A stretch of DNA of 64,000 nucleotides from Verrucomicrobiota bacterium (lineage in GTDB: Bacteria > Verrucomicrobiota > Verrucomicrobiia > Chthoniobacterales > JAFAMB01): NCBI GenBank assembly GCA_019236675.1, contig JAFAIO010000144.1:34-64033 (forward strand). The letters are read 5' to 3'. The notes under the pieces were generated by a model. That model saw only the letters and a program-made list of their open reading frames with translations. It was not told the origin of the DNA and made no database searches. Within the stretch, counting starts at the first letter, position 1, and every line of letters starts with the position of its first letter. Positions 44,555-53,023 of the stretch are shown here, piece by piece. Made by a program: the position numbers and the translations under genes.

Positions 44555-46720
44555 CTAGGGTTTTGTCGAGAAAGTGTCAGCACCCTCGGAGAAACTATTC
44601 GGACTAATTGCCCAAACAATCAGCGAATAACTATTGGTGCCCGGGATCAGGCCAGTCAGCTTAATCTTTGTTTGTTTTGTCAGATAAGCCTTTGTCGGAG
44701 GATAGACGAAACCGACGTTGAGATCTGCGAGCTGCACAATGTAACCCGAGGCTCCGCTCACCGCCTCCCACGTGGCGACAGCCGAGGTGGACGTGGCAGT
44801 GACATTCAAATTGGTAATCCCGCCAGGCCCGGTTGTTGAGCTGATGTCGGTGACCAGTAGCTGCGGGAAGAAGTTTGCTCCCCACAACGAACCGTTACCG
44901 GTACAGTTATCATAGCCATAGCCCGCGCTAAAGCCGGGATTCCCAAACGATAAACCCGGTGGAAGCCCATTGGAGCCTTCGATAATATCAAACAATTGGT
45001 TCGCCGCGAATCCTTGGCCGCCGTTGAACGGAGCGCCGACCGCATACAGAAGTGAGTTAAGATAACCCACATTCTTGAAGCCAAGGTATTGGAAACCTGC
45101 ATTCAAAATGCTGATGTAGCCAGCCCAGATTGGAGCTGACACACTCGTTCCGCCCACCGTCACCCAACCACCGTAGGGTTTAGCGTAGACCGCAACCCCG
45201 GTGAACAGATCGCCGACCGCCGCGACGTCCGGGACATTCCGAAACGTGGACGATCCGCCGTTGCTGGTCATGTATCCCGAAACGGGTTCGTACTGTTGAT
45301 AGAACGGAAGCGGCCAATACGAGCTAATACCACCGCCGGTCGCACCGGCATTGGAAGCCAATTCGTTCCACACTAGTTCACCCGAATAGTTAGAGTTCCC
45401 GTCTGTAAACAGCGTGGTGCCACCAACCGCCGTCACGAACGGTTGGGATGAGGGATCTGAAACATTGTAGGGGTACGCAGATCCGTCGCCATAAGCCCCT
45501 TTGTCACCCGCGCTTGCCAGTACCGTGATTCCTTCGCCGGTGAGCTGGGCCAAAGCAGTATTTTCGGCTTCCATCGCCGCGGTGCCTTGCAAACCCTCGT
45601 CTTGTCCATAGGAAATACTCAGGACCGATGCTTTGTTATCATCGGCGACCTGCATCATGGCATCGACCAAAGCAGTCTGGAACGGGTCAATCGAGTCCTC
45701 ATACGACAGTATTTGCGACACACTCGGATTGATTCCGGCGATCATATCGATATCGAGCGCCGCCTCGAGTTCAATCTGTGGCACGTTCGTAACGACCGTT
45801 GTGGGCGAACCGTTAACGCCAATCTGGGTGACTTTCCGCGCCCCCAAATTGTTCGCTTTGAAATATTTCTCCACGTCCGAGACATAAACTCCACCCTGCT
45901 CGAAGACAGCGACGACGGTCTCCTTTTGTAGACTGCCGAAGCCGGGAATCGAATACGCGGTTCGCAAATTCGCCGCATCATAGGCTCCACCAGGACCAGT
46001 TCCGTGAGAGCTGTCCGCCTTGACCACATTTAACTCCGGCGATTCGCCGAGTTGCTTGCCTGCGATCACCATAGGAACGTATTGTCTGCTGCCCGTGAGC
46101 CCGAGAACGCCGCTCACTTTCGAAGCAATCGCGCTCGGCACCGTCGGTTTCACACTGGCGGAATAGAACTCCGCACCATCCTGAGCTCGATACCGGCTGA
46201 TCTGAGTGTTAAACACGTTCTGAAACTGTGCCACCGTGCCGCGCACCGCCAATATCGTCCGCGCCACTGACTCCTGTGTCACTCTCAGCCCGTTGGCTAC
46301 CGCCCATGCTTTCAGTGCCGCATAATCAGCTGCATTCGCGCCGTACCTGGTCGCGAATTCTTGTGGCGTGATGTATCGATGAAACAGCACGTCCCTAGGA
46401 GTCGAAACTCGGCGGGCAAACTCTGCTGCACCTTGCGGATCCGACAATGGCAAGCACAGGGTCACCCCAATCTCTTGATTCGCATCCGCAGCCGCTAGAT
46501 AAGCAGATTTGGTAATCAAGGGAGAAACCTCGATAGTGGTAGGCGCCGCAAGCAACGCACTTGGAGCTAGCAGAGCCAATGCGTAACCCAATGTCGTTGC
46601 GATCCGGAGTAAGCGCCGGTTAGCCGTACCTCGATTCCAATCGATTGCCTTGATCAAATCGAGAAGCGCCCAACCCGACTTGTTTGGCCTGCGGGCCCTC
46701 GTTTTAAGTAGACTTTGCAT
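44555..46720 (-). CDS. Secreted S53 sedolisin-type peptidase with an FN3-like tail (fourth paralog).
   Basis: Motifs are IELEAALDIDMIAG, SAGDKG and GGTSVSAPIW. The start is placed at the ATG at 46720 (MQSLLKTRARR...). The track extension to 46972 runs through repeat DNA. Confidence 0.9.
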   Translation of the reverse strand: MQSLLKTRARRPNKSGWALLDLIKAIDWNRGTANRRLLRIATTLGYALALLAPSALLAAPTTIEVSPLITKSAYLAAADANQEIGVTLCLPLSDPQGAAEFARRVSTPRDVLFHRYITPQEFATRYGANAADYAALKAWAVANGLRVTQESVARTILAVRGTVAQFQNVFNTQISRYRAQDGAEFYSASVKPTVPSAIASKVSGVLGLTGSRQYVPMVIAGKQLGESPELNVVKADSSHGTGPGGAYDAANLRTAYSIPGFGSLQKETVVAVFEQGGVYVSDVEKYFKANNLGARKVTQIGVNGSPTTVVTNVPQIELEAALDIDMIAGINPSVSQILSYEDSIDPFQTALVDAMMQVADDNKASVLSISYGQDEGLQGTAAMEAENTALAQLTGEGITVLASAGDKGAYGDGSAYPYNVSDPSSQPFVTAVGGTTLFTDGNSNYSGELVWNELASNAGATGGGISSYWPLPFYQQYEPVSGYMTSNGGSSTFRNVPDVAAVGDLFTGVAVYAKPYGGWVTVGGTSVSAPIWAGYISILNAGFQYLGFKNVGYLNSLLYAVGAPFNGGQGFAANQLFDIIEGSNGLPPGLSFGNPGFSAGYGYDNCTGNGSLWGANFFPQLLVTDISSTTGPGGITNLNVTATSTSAVATWEAVSGASGYIVQLADLNVGFVYPPTKAYLTKQTKIKLTGLIPGTNSYSLIVWAISPNSFSEGADTFSTKP

Positions 46721-46795
46721 AATGTGTTTTTCTTCTTCAGCTTCTGGTGCGCCAGCCGTCGAAGGGAAACGCCGCGCTCCATAGAGTCCTATTCC

Positions 46796-46824
46796 CGGAA
46801 AAAAATTTGAAAGTTGTGCAATTT
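46796..46824. promoter_or_regulatory. Second copy of the conserved 29-nt block (see 13238-13266).
   Basis: 25 of 29 positions are identical. It lies in the divergent S53 / sigma2 intergenic region. Confidence 0.35.
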
Positions 46825-46878
46825 TTTTCGGAAACCGCAAAAAAACCGGTAAAAAGTGAGAAGCCTGCGACATCCCGT

Positions 46879-47075
46879 GGAGCGCTGCTCGCTTGCGAGA
46901 CCGAAGGGGTGGCCACCCAAACCGATGCGCTGAATTCGGTGTGACAGCTTTAACCGTTGTAGACGCCTGCAAGGTTTTTAGGCATTGCGTTCGGAGGGAC
47001 GCGACGCCTCATCCAACTATGGGCAGAAGCGAGCCAACGCTCCGACCGTATCGGCCTCGCAAGCGAGGCAGCGCT
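46879..47075. repeat. Repeat family B, expanded copy (arms about 145 nt apart).
   Basis: The left arm is GGAGCGCTGCTCGCTTGCGAGACCG (46879-46903) and the right arm is CGGCCTCGCAAGCGAGGCAGCGCT (47052-47075). Confidence 0.75.
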
Positions 47076-47085
47076 TAACGGTTCA

Positions 47086-47124
47086 CCTTTCACTTTTCAC
47101 CTCTCGCCCCCTCTCACTTCTCAC
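47086..47124. repeat. Degenerate heptamer array (CCTTTCA / CTTTTCA / CCTCTCG ...).
   Basis: Read directly. It is related to the array at 18030-18078. Confidence 0.6.
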
Positions 47125-47140
47125 GTATGTTCCGGGCGGC

Positions 47141-47881
47141 ATGACTGGTTGGCTAAGTTCAAGCGCGGGTGGGCATCTCGCATTCGAGACCACCCAATGG
47201 AGCTTGGTCTCTGCGGCCAACGACGACGAACAACGGCGGACCGCTCTCGAGGGCCTGTACCGGAGCTATTCCAGCCCCGTGTACGCGTTTATCCGACGCC
47301 ACGGATACAGTCGGCAGGACGCTCAAGATCTTACCCACGATTTCTTTATTCATCTCGTAGAAAAAAAGGCGTTAAGCCGAGCCGATCCGCATCGAGGAAA
47401 ATTCAGGAAATTTCTGCTGGGGTCGCTCCAGTTCTTCCTGCAACACGCTGCCGAGCGAGCCCGTACAGAGAAACGCGGCGGCCAAGCCAAAATTATCTTT
47501 CTGGATGACGAAACCGCTGAAGCCGGCTACCAGCTCGCTGACCCGGGTCAGACCGCCGAACAGATCTTCGACGCCCGCTGGGTCGCCGCGCTAATTGAAG
47601 GTGCGCTTAACCGTTTGGAAGCTGAGATGGAGCACAGCGGTAAAAAAAAGCTGTTTGAGCAAATCTGCGGTTTTCTCCTAGAAGATGAAGAAAGCTCGTA
47701 CGTTGAGGTGGCTCAACGCACGGGTCTCACCCTCAGTGCAGTCAAAGCGGCTATTTATCGGTTACGGGGGCGTTATCGTGAACTTTTGCGCGAGGAGGTC
47801 GCTCGCACCGTGATGAGTTCCACCGACTTCGACGACGAAATCCGCGCTTTTCGCGCCTCGCTGGCGAGGCGTCAGAAGTGA
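47141..47881 (+). CDS. ECF-type sigma factor (sigma2), paralog of sigma1.
   Basis: It begins MTGWLSSSAGGHLAFETTQWS and is collinear with sigma1 over its full length. The ATG at 47141 is used; the track extension to 46985 runs through repeats. Confidence 0.85.
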   Translation: MTGWLSSSAGGHLAFETTQWSLVSAANDDEQRRTALEGLYRSYSSPVYAFIRRHGYSRQDAQDLTHDFFIHLVEKKALSRADPHRGKFRKFLLGSLQFFLQHAAERARTEKRGGQAKIIFLDDETAEAGYQLADPGQTAEQIFDARWVAALIEGALNRLEAEMEHSGKKKLFEQICGFLLEDEESSYVEVAQRTGLTLSAVKAAIYRLRGRYRELLREEVARTVMSSTDFDDEIRAFRASLARRQK

Positions 47882-47883
47882 TT

Positions 47884-48437
47884 GGTGAGAGGTGAGATCG
47901 CACCACCACCCAGATCGGAGGGGCGTTGCATTCCGCGTCCGCTGCTCGCACGCGTGTCGACGCCTGCAATCGTCTACAGGTAACCGGCTTGAACAGACGC
48001 GACGCCCCGGGGACCATGGTGGGAGATGCTCCCGGACGGCCCTATGCCTGAACCGGAGCGGTCGTCGATCCTGTTCGGACGGTGCTGTTAGGCCGGAAAC
48101 CACGCCGAGCCGTGATCCAGCGCTTGGCCACGGCTCCGACTTCGCCGCCGATGGTTGGAGCTAGATGGCGGGCTAGGAAGGCTACGTCTGACAAATCGGC
48201 GCGCCTTTAGGCGTATCGACATCATTCGGCAAAAGGCACCAGGAGCTTCGTTCCAAATGTAAGGACGTTCAGCAGCCTCGCCCCACCAACGTTCCCCGGG
48301 GCGTCGCGTCTATTCGAATCTGTTATCTGTAACGGGTTTCCGGCGTCGATACGGTTGCGAGCTATCAAGCGGAATGCAACGCCCCTCCGTTCTGGATTAG
48401 GCAGCGCACAATCCTCCAATCACGCCTCACCTCTCAC
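47884..48437. mobile_element. MITE-like non-coding element (about 554 bp) with long imperfect terminal inverted repeats (repeat family A), inserted in the sigma2-STK2 spacer.
   Basis: Three complementary cores pair the two arms. GGTGAGAGGTGAG (47884-47896) matches CTCACCTCTCAC (48426-48437). A 21-mer at 47916-47936 matches 48369-48389. A 19-mer at 47995-48013 matches 48293-48311. There is no credible ORF inside. Confidence 0.6.
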
Positions 48438-48479
48438 ATTTACATTGCCACTCCAACATTTTCCGCTAACCCTGGAACC

Positions 48480-51290
48480 GTGAAAGGGCAGGAAGTGGAC
48501 CTTTTGGTGCGAGAAAGGATTTGTAGGGGCTGTCAAAAGAGCATTAGTCCCAACGCTTCCTTTTATGGTTATTGCCTCGATTGCCTGTTAATGCCGCTTT
48601 TCGACTTCGCAGATCTCAATGAGGAAAACACGGAGAAGCAATTCGAGCCCTACCAAATCTTAACGCATCCAGACGGTTCTTTTGTCGAACTAGGCCGAGG
48701 ATCAATGGGGATCACCTATCAAGCCATCGATACCACTTTGGAATTCCCGGTGGCGCTCAAAGTTATCGATTTCAAGGCAGCCGGCGTGGAGTCCAATCGG
48801 GAACGATTTCTGCGGGAAGCGCGCGCTGCCGCTAAACTGCGGCATCCGAATGTCGCTAGCGTCTTTTACTATGGTGTCCGGCCATACGGCCCCTGCTTCT
48901 ATGCGATGGAGTTAGTGGAAGGTGAGACGTTGGCCCAACGAGTGGAACGAACCGGTCCATTATCCACCCGGGACGCGTTGGAAGTGATCGCTCAGGTAGC
49001 CAAGGCATTGGAAGCAGCGGAAAAGCACGCGTTGGTGCATCGAGATTTAAAACCGGCCAATCTGATGCTGCTCCATGGCCCAGAGATCCATGTCAAAGTC
49101 ATCGATTTTGGACTCGCCAAAATGGTCGGGCATCAGGAACCAAAGGATCGGATTACCTACAATGGATTTATAGGGACGCCGGCATTCGCCAGTCCCGAAC
49201 AATTCTCCGGTGCGGAGATCGATCAACGGTCCGATTATTTTTCTTTAGGCGGCACCTTATTCTATTTGCTAACCGGCAAGCAACCATTCAAAGCCGATGA
49301 AATTGCTCAATTGGTTAAAGGGACACCCTTGGTAGGGACGAGCTGGAGCTCGTCTCTACCAAAGGTGATTCCTTTGCCGGTCCGGAAATTGGCAGCAGCG
49401 CTCTTAAGCCCCGATCCGAAGGATCGGCCCCAGAATGGGCCGGCCCTCGTTGAAGCCATCACCAAATGCCAGCTCGCAATCGAAGGAAGTCAAAAGCGGA
49501 TCGGAAAAAACGTGCTCTTAGCGATTGCTGCAGTTCTGCTCGGGGTAGCGATAGTGTTCCTTTGTCAAAGCGGTATCCTTACAAAAGATAGGGCCGCGAA
49601 ATCAATCGCCATTCTCCCTTTCGACAACCTGAGTCCAATAAAGGACGACTCCTACTTCGTTGACGGGGTTCAGGACGATATTCTTACTAACGTGGCGAAG
49701 GTCGCCGATCTGCAGGTGATCAGCCGCCGGAGTGTCCAAGCTTATCGGAACCTGGCTAACCGGCCGCCTCCCCGAGAAATCGGTGAAGCGCTCCACGTGC
49801 GTTATCTTTTAGATGGTAGCATCCAGCGAGAAAATAACCGGATACGCGTTACGGCCCGGCTGGAAGAGGCTCAGACCGGGCGAGAGCTTTGGGCGGAACA
49901 ATACGACGGCCAATTAACGGATATTTTCACGATTCAAACTGAACTCGCCGAAGCGGTCTCGCAGGAACTGAGGGCTAAGCTTTCGACAGCCGAAAAAAGC
50001 TCTCTTGGCGAGATACCAACGCGGGATTTTAGCGCCTACGAGCTCTATCTTCATGCCAAAGAGTTGCTGGCCAATTATGATGAGCAGACTCAGAGCACTG
50101 AATCGTTCTCTAGCGCAGCGCGGCTGCTTGAGGAGGCGGTCAACCGGGATCCTGGCTTTGCCCTTGCCTGGGCTCTGCTGGCACGAGCTCATGACGGTCT
50201 TTATTGGAGTAATGCAGACCATACCGAAAGCCGGCGCAGTTCCGCCGAAGCGGCCCTGCATCAAGCGTTAACCTTACGGCCGGATCTCGGCGAAGTTCAT
50301 CTCGAGGCTGGTAACCATCTACTGGTTACCACCCGCGATTATCCAGCAATCCGCCGCGAACTCGAGATCGCTCGTCGCACCTTACCAAATTCTGCTCACC
50401 TGTTTGGCCTATTAGCCACGGTTGCCTCACGGCAAGGCCAGTGGCTCGACGCTTTGCAAGACTACCAAAGAGCAGGAACACTCGACCCTAAAAATGTGCG
50501 TTGGACTATCGATATCTCAGGTATCTACGATTTCCATCGACAGTACGAAGAGGTTCATCGTGGGTTTGTTGAAATCGCTGGAGCGGGAGCCAGTAACCAG
50601 TCGACCGACTACAAAAAGGCTGTGCTAACCTGGCAAGAAAAAGGGGATACCTCAGGATTTCATGCCTTGCTCGATGAACCTAACGGTCCGCTTCGGGGGA
50701 TGGGACGAGCGACGTTATTAAAGATCACTGCCGCAATGGCGGACCGGAATTTTGACAAAGCCGACCAGACCCTGGCTACGGATCCCAAGCAGGAGTTTGA
50801 TCTTGGCGATCGAAGATTTGTCTGCCGAGATTTCTTGCTCGGTTGGATCAAAAAGGTCGGAGGCGACACCGCCGCAGCGAAGACTGCATTCGAGAATGCG
50901 CGCCCGGTCCAGGTCGCCTATCTACAGAAGTGGCCGGATGACCCAAACCCCCTGATGATGTTGGCGCTCACGGATGCGGCGCTGGGGAGGACGGCGGACG
51001 CTCTGAACGAGGGAGGCAAAGCTGTTGCCATGATGCCGATCTCGAAAGATGCGATTGACGGACCGGTTTTAGCAACGGAATTGGCGCAAGTCTACGTATG
51101 GGCGGGTCAAAACGAATTGGCAATCCAACAGCTCGAGACGTTAAAACAGATCCCCCGAGCGCTAGTGTATGGTGATTTCGCCAAACTACCGGACTGGGAT
51201 TCGTTGCGAAATGAGCCCCGTTTTCAGAAGCTTCTATCCGAGCTCAAACCAATTCCGATCGCTAATCGAACTGCCATCGCGACAAAGTGA
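48480..51290 (+). CDS. Transmembrane Ser/Thr kinase (STK2), paralog of STK1.
   Basis: The architecture matches STK1: CxxC-x13-CxxC, HRDLKPANLML, DFGLAK, a TM segment, SIAILPFDNLSP... and a helical-repeat C-terminus. It starts at a GTG. Confidence 0.9.
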   Translation: MKGQEVDLLVRERICRGCQKSISPNASFYGYCLDCLLMPLFDFADLNEENTEKQFEPYQILTHPDGSFVELGRGSMGITYQAIDTTLEFPVALKVIDFKAAGVESNRERFLREARAAAKLRHPNVASVFYYGVRPYGPCFYAMELVEGETLAQRVERTGPLSTRDALEVIAQVAKALEAAEKHALVHRDLKPANLMLLHGPEIHVKVIDFGLAKMVGHQEPKDRITYNGFIGTPAFASPEQFSGAEIDQRSDYFSLGGTLFYLLTGKQPFKADEIAQLVKGTPLVGTSWSSSLPKVIPLPVRKLAAALLSPDPKDRPQNGPALVEAITKCQLAIEGSQKRIGKNVLLAIAAVLLGVAIVFLCQSGILTKDRAAKSIAILPFDNLSPIKDDSYFVDGVQDDILTNVAKVADLQVISRRSVQAYRNLANRPPPREIGEALHVRYLLDGSIQRENNRIRVTARLEEAQTGRELWAEQYDGQLTDIFTIQTELAEAVSQELRAKLSTAEKSSLGEIPTRDFSAYELYLHAKELLANYDEQTQSTESFSSAARLLEEAVNRDPGFALAWALLARAHDGLYWSNADHTESRRSSAEAALHQALTLRPDLGEVHLEAGNHLLVTTRDYPAIRRELEIARRTLPNSAHLFGLLATVASRQGQWLDALQDYQRAGTLDPKNVRWTIDISGIYDFHRQYEEVHRGFVEIAGAGASNQSTDYKKAVLTWQEKGDTSGFHALLDEPNGPLRGMGRATLLKITAAMADRNFDKADQTLATDPKQEFDLGDRRFVCRDFLLGWIKKVGGDTAAAKTAFENARPVQVAYLQKWPDDPNPLMMLALTDAALGRTADALNEGGKAVAMMPISKDAIDGPVLATELAQVYVWAGQNELAIQQLETLKQIPRALVYGDFAKLPDWDSLRNEPRFQKLLSELKPIPIANRTAIATK

Positions 51291-51404
51291 ATACACCGAT
51301 TCTATATAGAGGGTAGCAAAGCTAACCAAGGAAGAGTCCCGCCAATCCGAAGCCAATCACATCGAAAGCGACGAAAAAGCAAACGAGGCATTTCCGGTAC
51401 GCCA

Positions 51405-51992
51405 CTAGTTAGACCTTTCAGGCCCACGCACTGGCGTAACTATGCGCATCTGAATATCGATGTCGTCGCTGATGCCGCTGGTTGCCTCGATCACGGGATT
51501 CCATCTCAGATCGAATGCGCTTCGGTGCAAATGAGTGCTAACCGTCCAGACCAGAGTGTCAGTACCACTCTTGGCCGGAGACTGCAGTTCGACCCGAATC
51601 ACCACTGGCATTGTCTTGCCATGCATAGTTAGGTCGCCATGGACATTAGCAACTCGTTCCCCCGTCAAATGCACAGATGTACTCCTGAAAGCGATGGTTG
51701 GATATTTCTCCGCGTCGAAAAAATCCGGCGCCAACAAGTGATGATCCCGAGCCGCAATCCCTGTGTCGATACTCTTAACAGAAATCGTCGCTTCAACGTG
51801 CGATTGCTCCCACTGCGCCGAATTAAAAGTGACCGTTCCGGAAAAGTCCGTGAATTTTCCAGTTACTACTGAAACATATTGCCGGACTCGAAAGCTCACC
51901 TGCGAATGAGCGGCATCCAGAGTGTATTGCTCCGCCGCGAGGCCGGCAGTATTTAAAGTTAGCCACAGTAGTACCGTTGCAAGTTTGCTCAT
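51405..51992 (-). CDS. YceI-family periplasmic polyisoprenoid-binding-like protein.
   Basis: It has a signal peptide and the segments YTLDAAHSQVSFRVRQ..VTGKF and HGDLTMHGKT. Confidence 0.8.
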   Translation of the reverse strand: MSKLATVLLWLTLNTAGLAAEQYTLDAAHSQVSFRVRQYVSVVTGKFTDFSGTVTFNSAQWEQSHVEATISVKSIDTGIAARDHHLLAPDFFDAEKYPTIAFRSTSVHLTGERVANVHGDLTMHGKTMPVVIRVELQSPAKSGTDTLVWTVSTHLHRSAFDLRWNPVIEATSGISDDIDIQMRIVTPVRGPERSN

Positions 51993-52081
51993 AAGCGTAA
52001 GCTCTCCAAATACGATGTGTTTTGCTCCGGACCGGTTGAGCGAGGTGTGGCTCTCCCTGGACCCGCCAGATTACAAAACCA

Positions 52082-52147
52082 CGAATGGACGCGAATTTAA
52101 ACGAATGATTCTCTCTTATTCGCGTTCATTCGTGTCCATTCGCGGTT
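52082..52147. repeat. REP-like palindromic element (family D) overlapping the 3' end of the hydrolase gene.
   Basis: CGAATGGACGCGAAT ... ATTCGCGTTCATTCGTGTCCATTCGCGGTT. The same motifs occur at 58748-58905. Confidence 0.6.
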
Positions 52148-52949
52148 GCGTTTTGGATTCCCCTAAGAGCAAGAATCCCAGCACCGCATTCATAAAAGCA
52201 TCGGGCGCTTCCAAGTTGGACAAATGTACGACCGACAAAACAACGAGCTTTGCCCCCGGCACAGTCGCCGCAATCAATTCGCTGTGGCTGGGAAGAGTCA
52301 CCGTATCGTGCTGGCCGGCAATCACGAGCGTAGGAGCAGAGATCAGCGCGATGGTTCGGCGCATGTCCATATCCCGGACTGCCGCGTATGAACCCGCAAA
52401 ACCTTGGGGATCGGTAGCCAGTAGCACCGCGCGAATCTTCGCGATCATCGGCCCACCCGCTTCAAGAAGCTGAGACGGAAACCAATTCCGCAGAAACATG
52501 TCTGCGGTTGCCTGGCGATCCGCTCTCAGGGCGGATGCGATACGTTCTTCCCATTGATCCGCTGGTCCAAGGTATGCCGACGTATTGGCTAAGATCAACC
52601 GGTCGATCCTTTCCGGAGCATGCATCCCCAGCCATTGGCCGACCATACCCCCCAACGATAGGCCGAGGAAGTGGACCCGACTCAGTCTCAGCGCATCGAG
52701 TAGCTCAATCACATCACGCCCCAGCCGGTCCACTGAGTAGGGGGCAGCGGGCACGTCCGAACTACCGTGTCCTCGGCTATCATACCGCAGCACGCGGAAG
52801 TGTTTACCCAATGCCTCAATTTGCGGATCCCACATCGTAAGATCGGTGCCGATAGAATTCGACAGGAGAAGAACGGGATTGTCTGCCCGTCCATCAAATC
52901 GGTAGGCCAGACGGCAACCATCACTGGTCGTAATAGCGAATTCGTTCAT
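52116..52949 (-). CDS. Alpha/beta hydrolase, 3-oxoadipate enol-lactonase-like.
   Basis: It has the nucleophile elbow GLSLGG and an N-terminal pattern (LAYRFDGRADNPVLLLSNSIGTDLTMWDPQ) typical of PcaD-like enzymes. Confidence 0.75.
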   Translation of the reverse strand: MNEFAITTSDGCRLAYRFDGRADNPVLLLSNSIGTDLTMWDPQIEALGKHFRVLRYDSRGHGSSDVPAAPYSVDRLGRDVIELLDALRLSRVHFLGLSLGGMVGQWLGMHAPERIDRLILANTSAYLGPADQWEERIASALRADRQATADMFLRNWFPSQLLEAGGPMIAKIRAVLLATDPQGFAGSYAAVRDMDMRRTIALISAPTLVIAGQHDTVTLPSHSELIAATVPGAKLVVLSVVHLSNLEAPDAFMNAVLGFLLLGESKTQPRMDTNERE

Positions 52950-53023
52950 AGTTAGAAACGAATTCGTCGAAACTAATCATAAATTCTAATCGAAAGAATT
53001 GAACTCGGTGATAGACATGGTTT

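Noticed and set aside
46721-47140. The long N-terminal extensions of the S53 gene (to 46972) and of sigma2 (from 46985) in the ORF track.
   Set aside because: Both extensions cross the family B element, an A/T-rich promoter-like tract or the heptamers. The paralogs start at the positions equivalent to 46720 and 47141.
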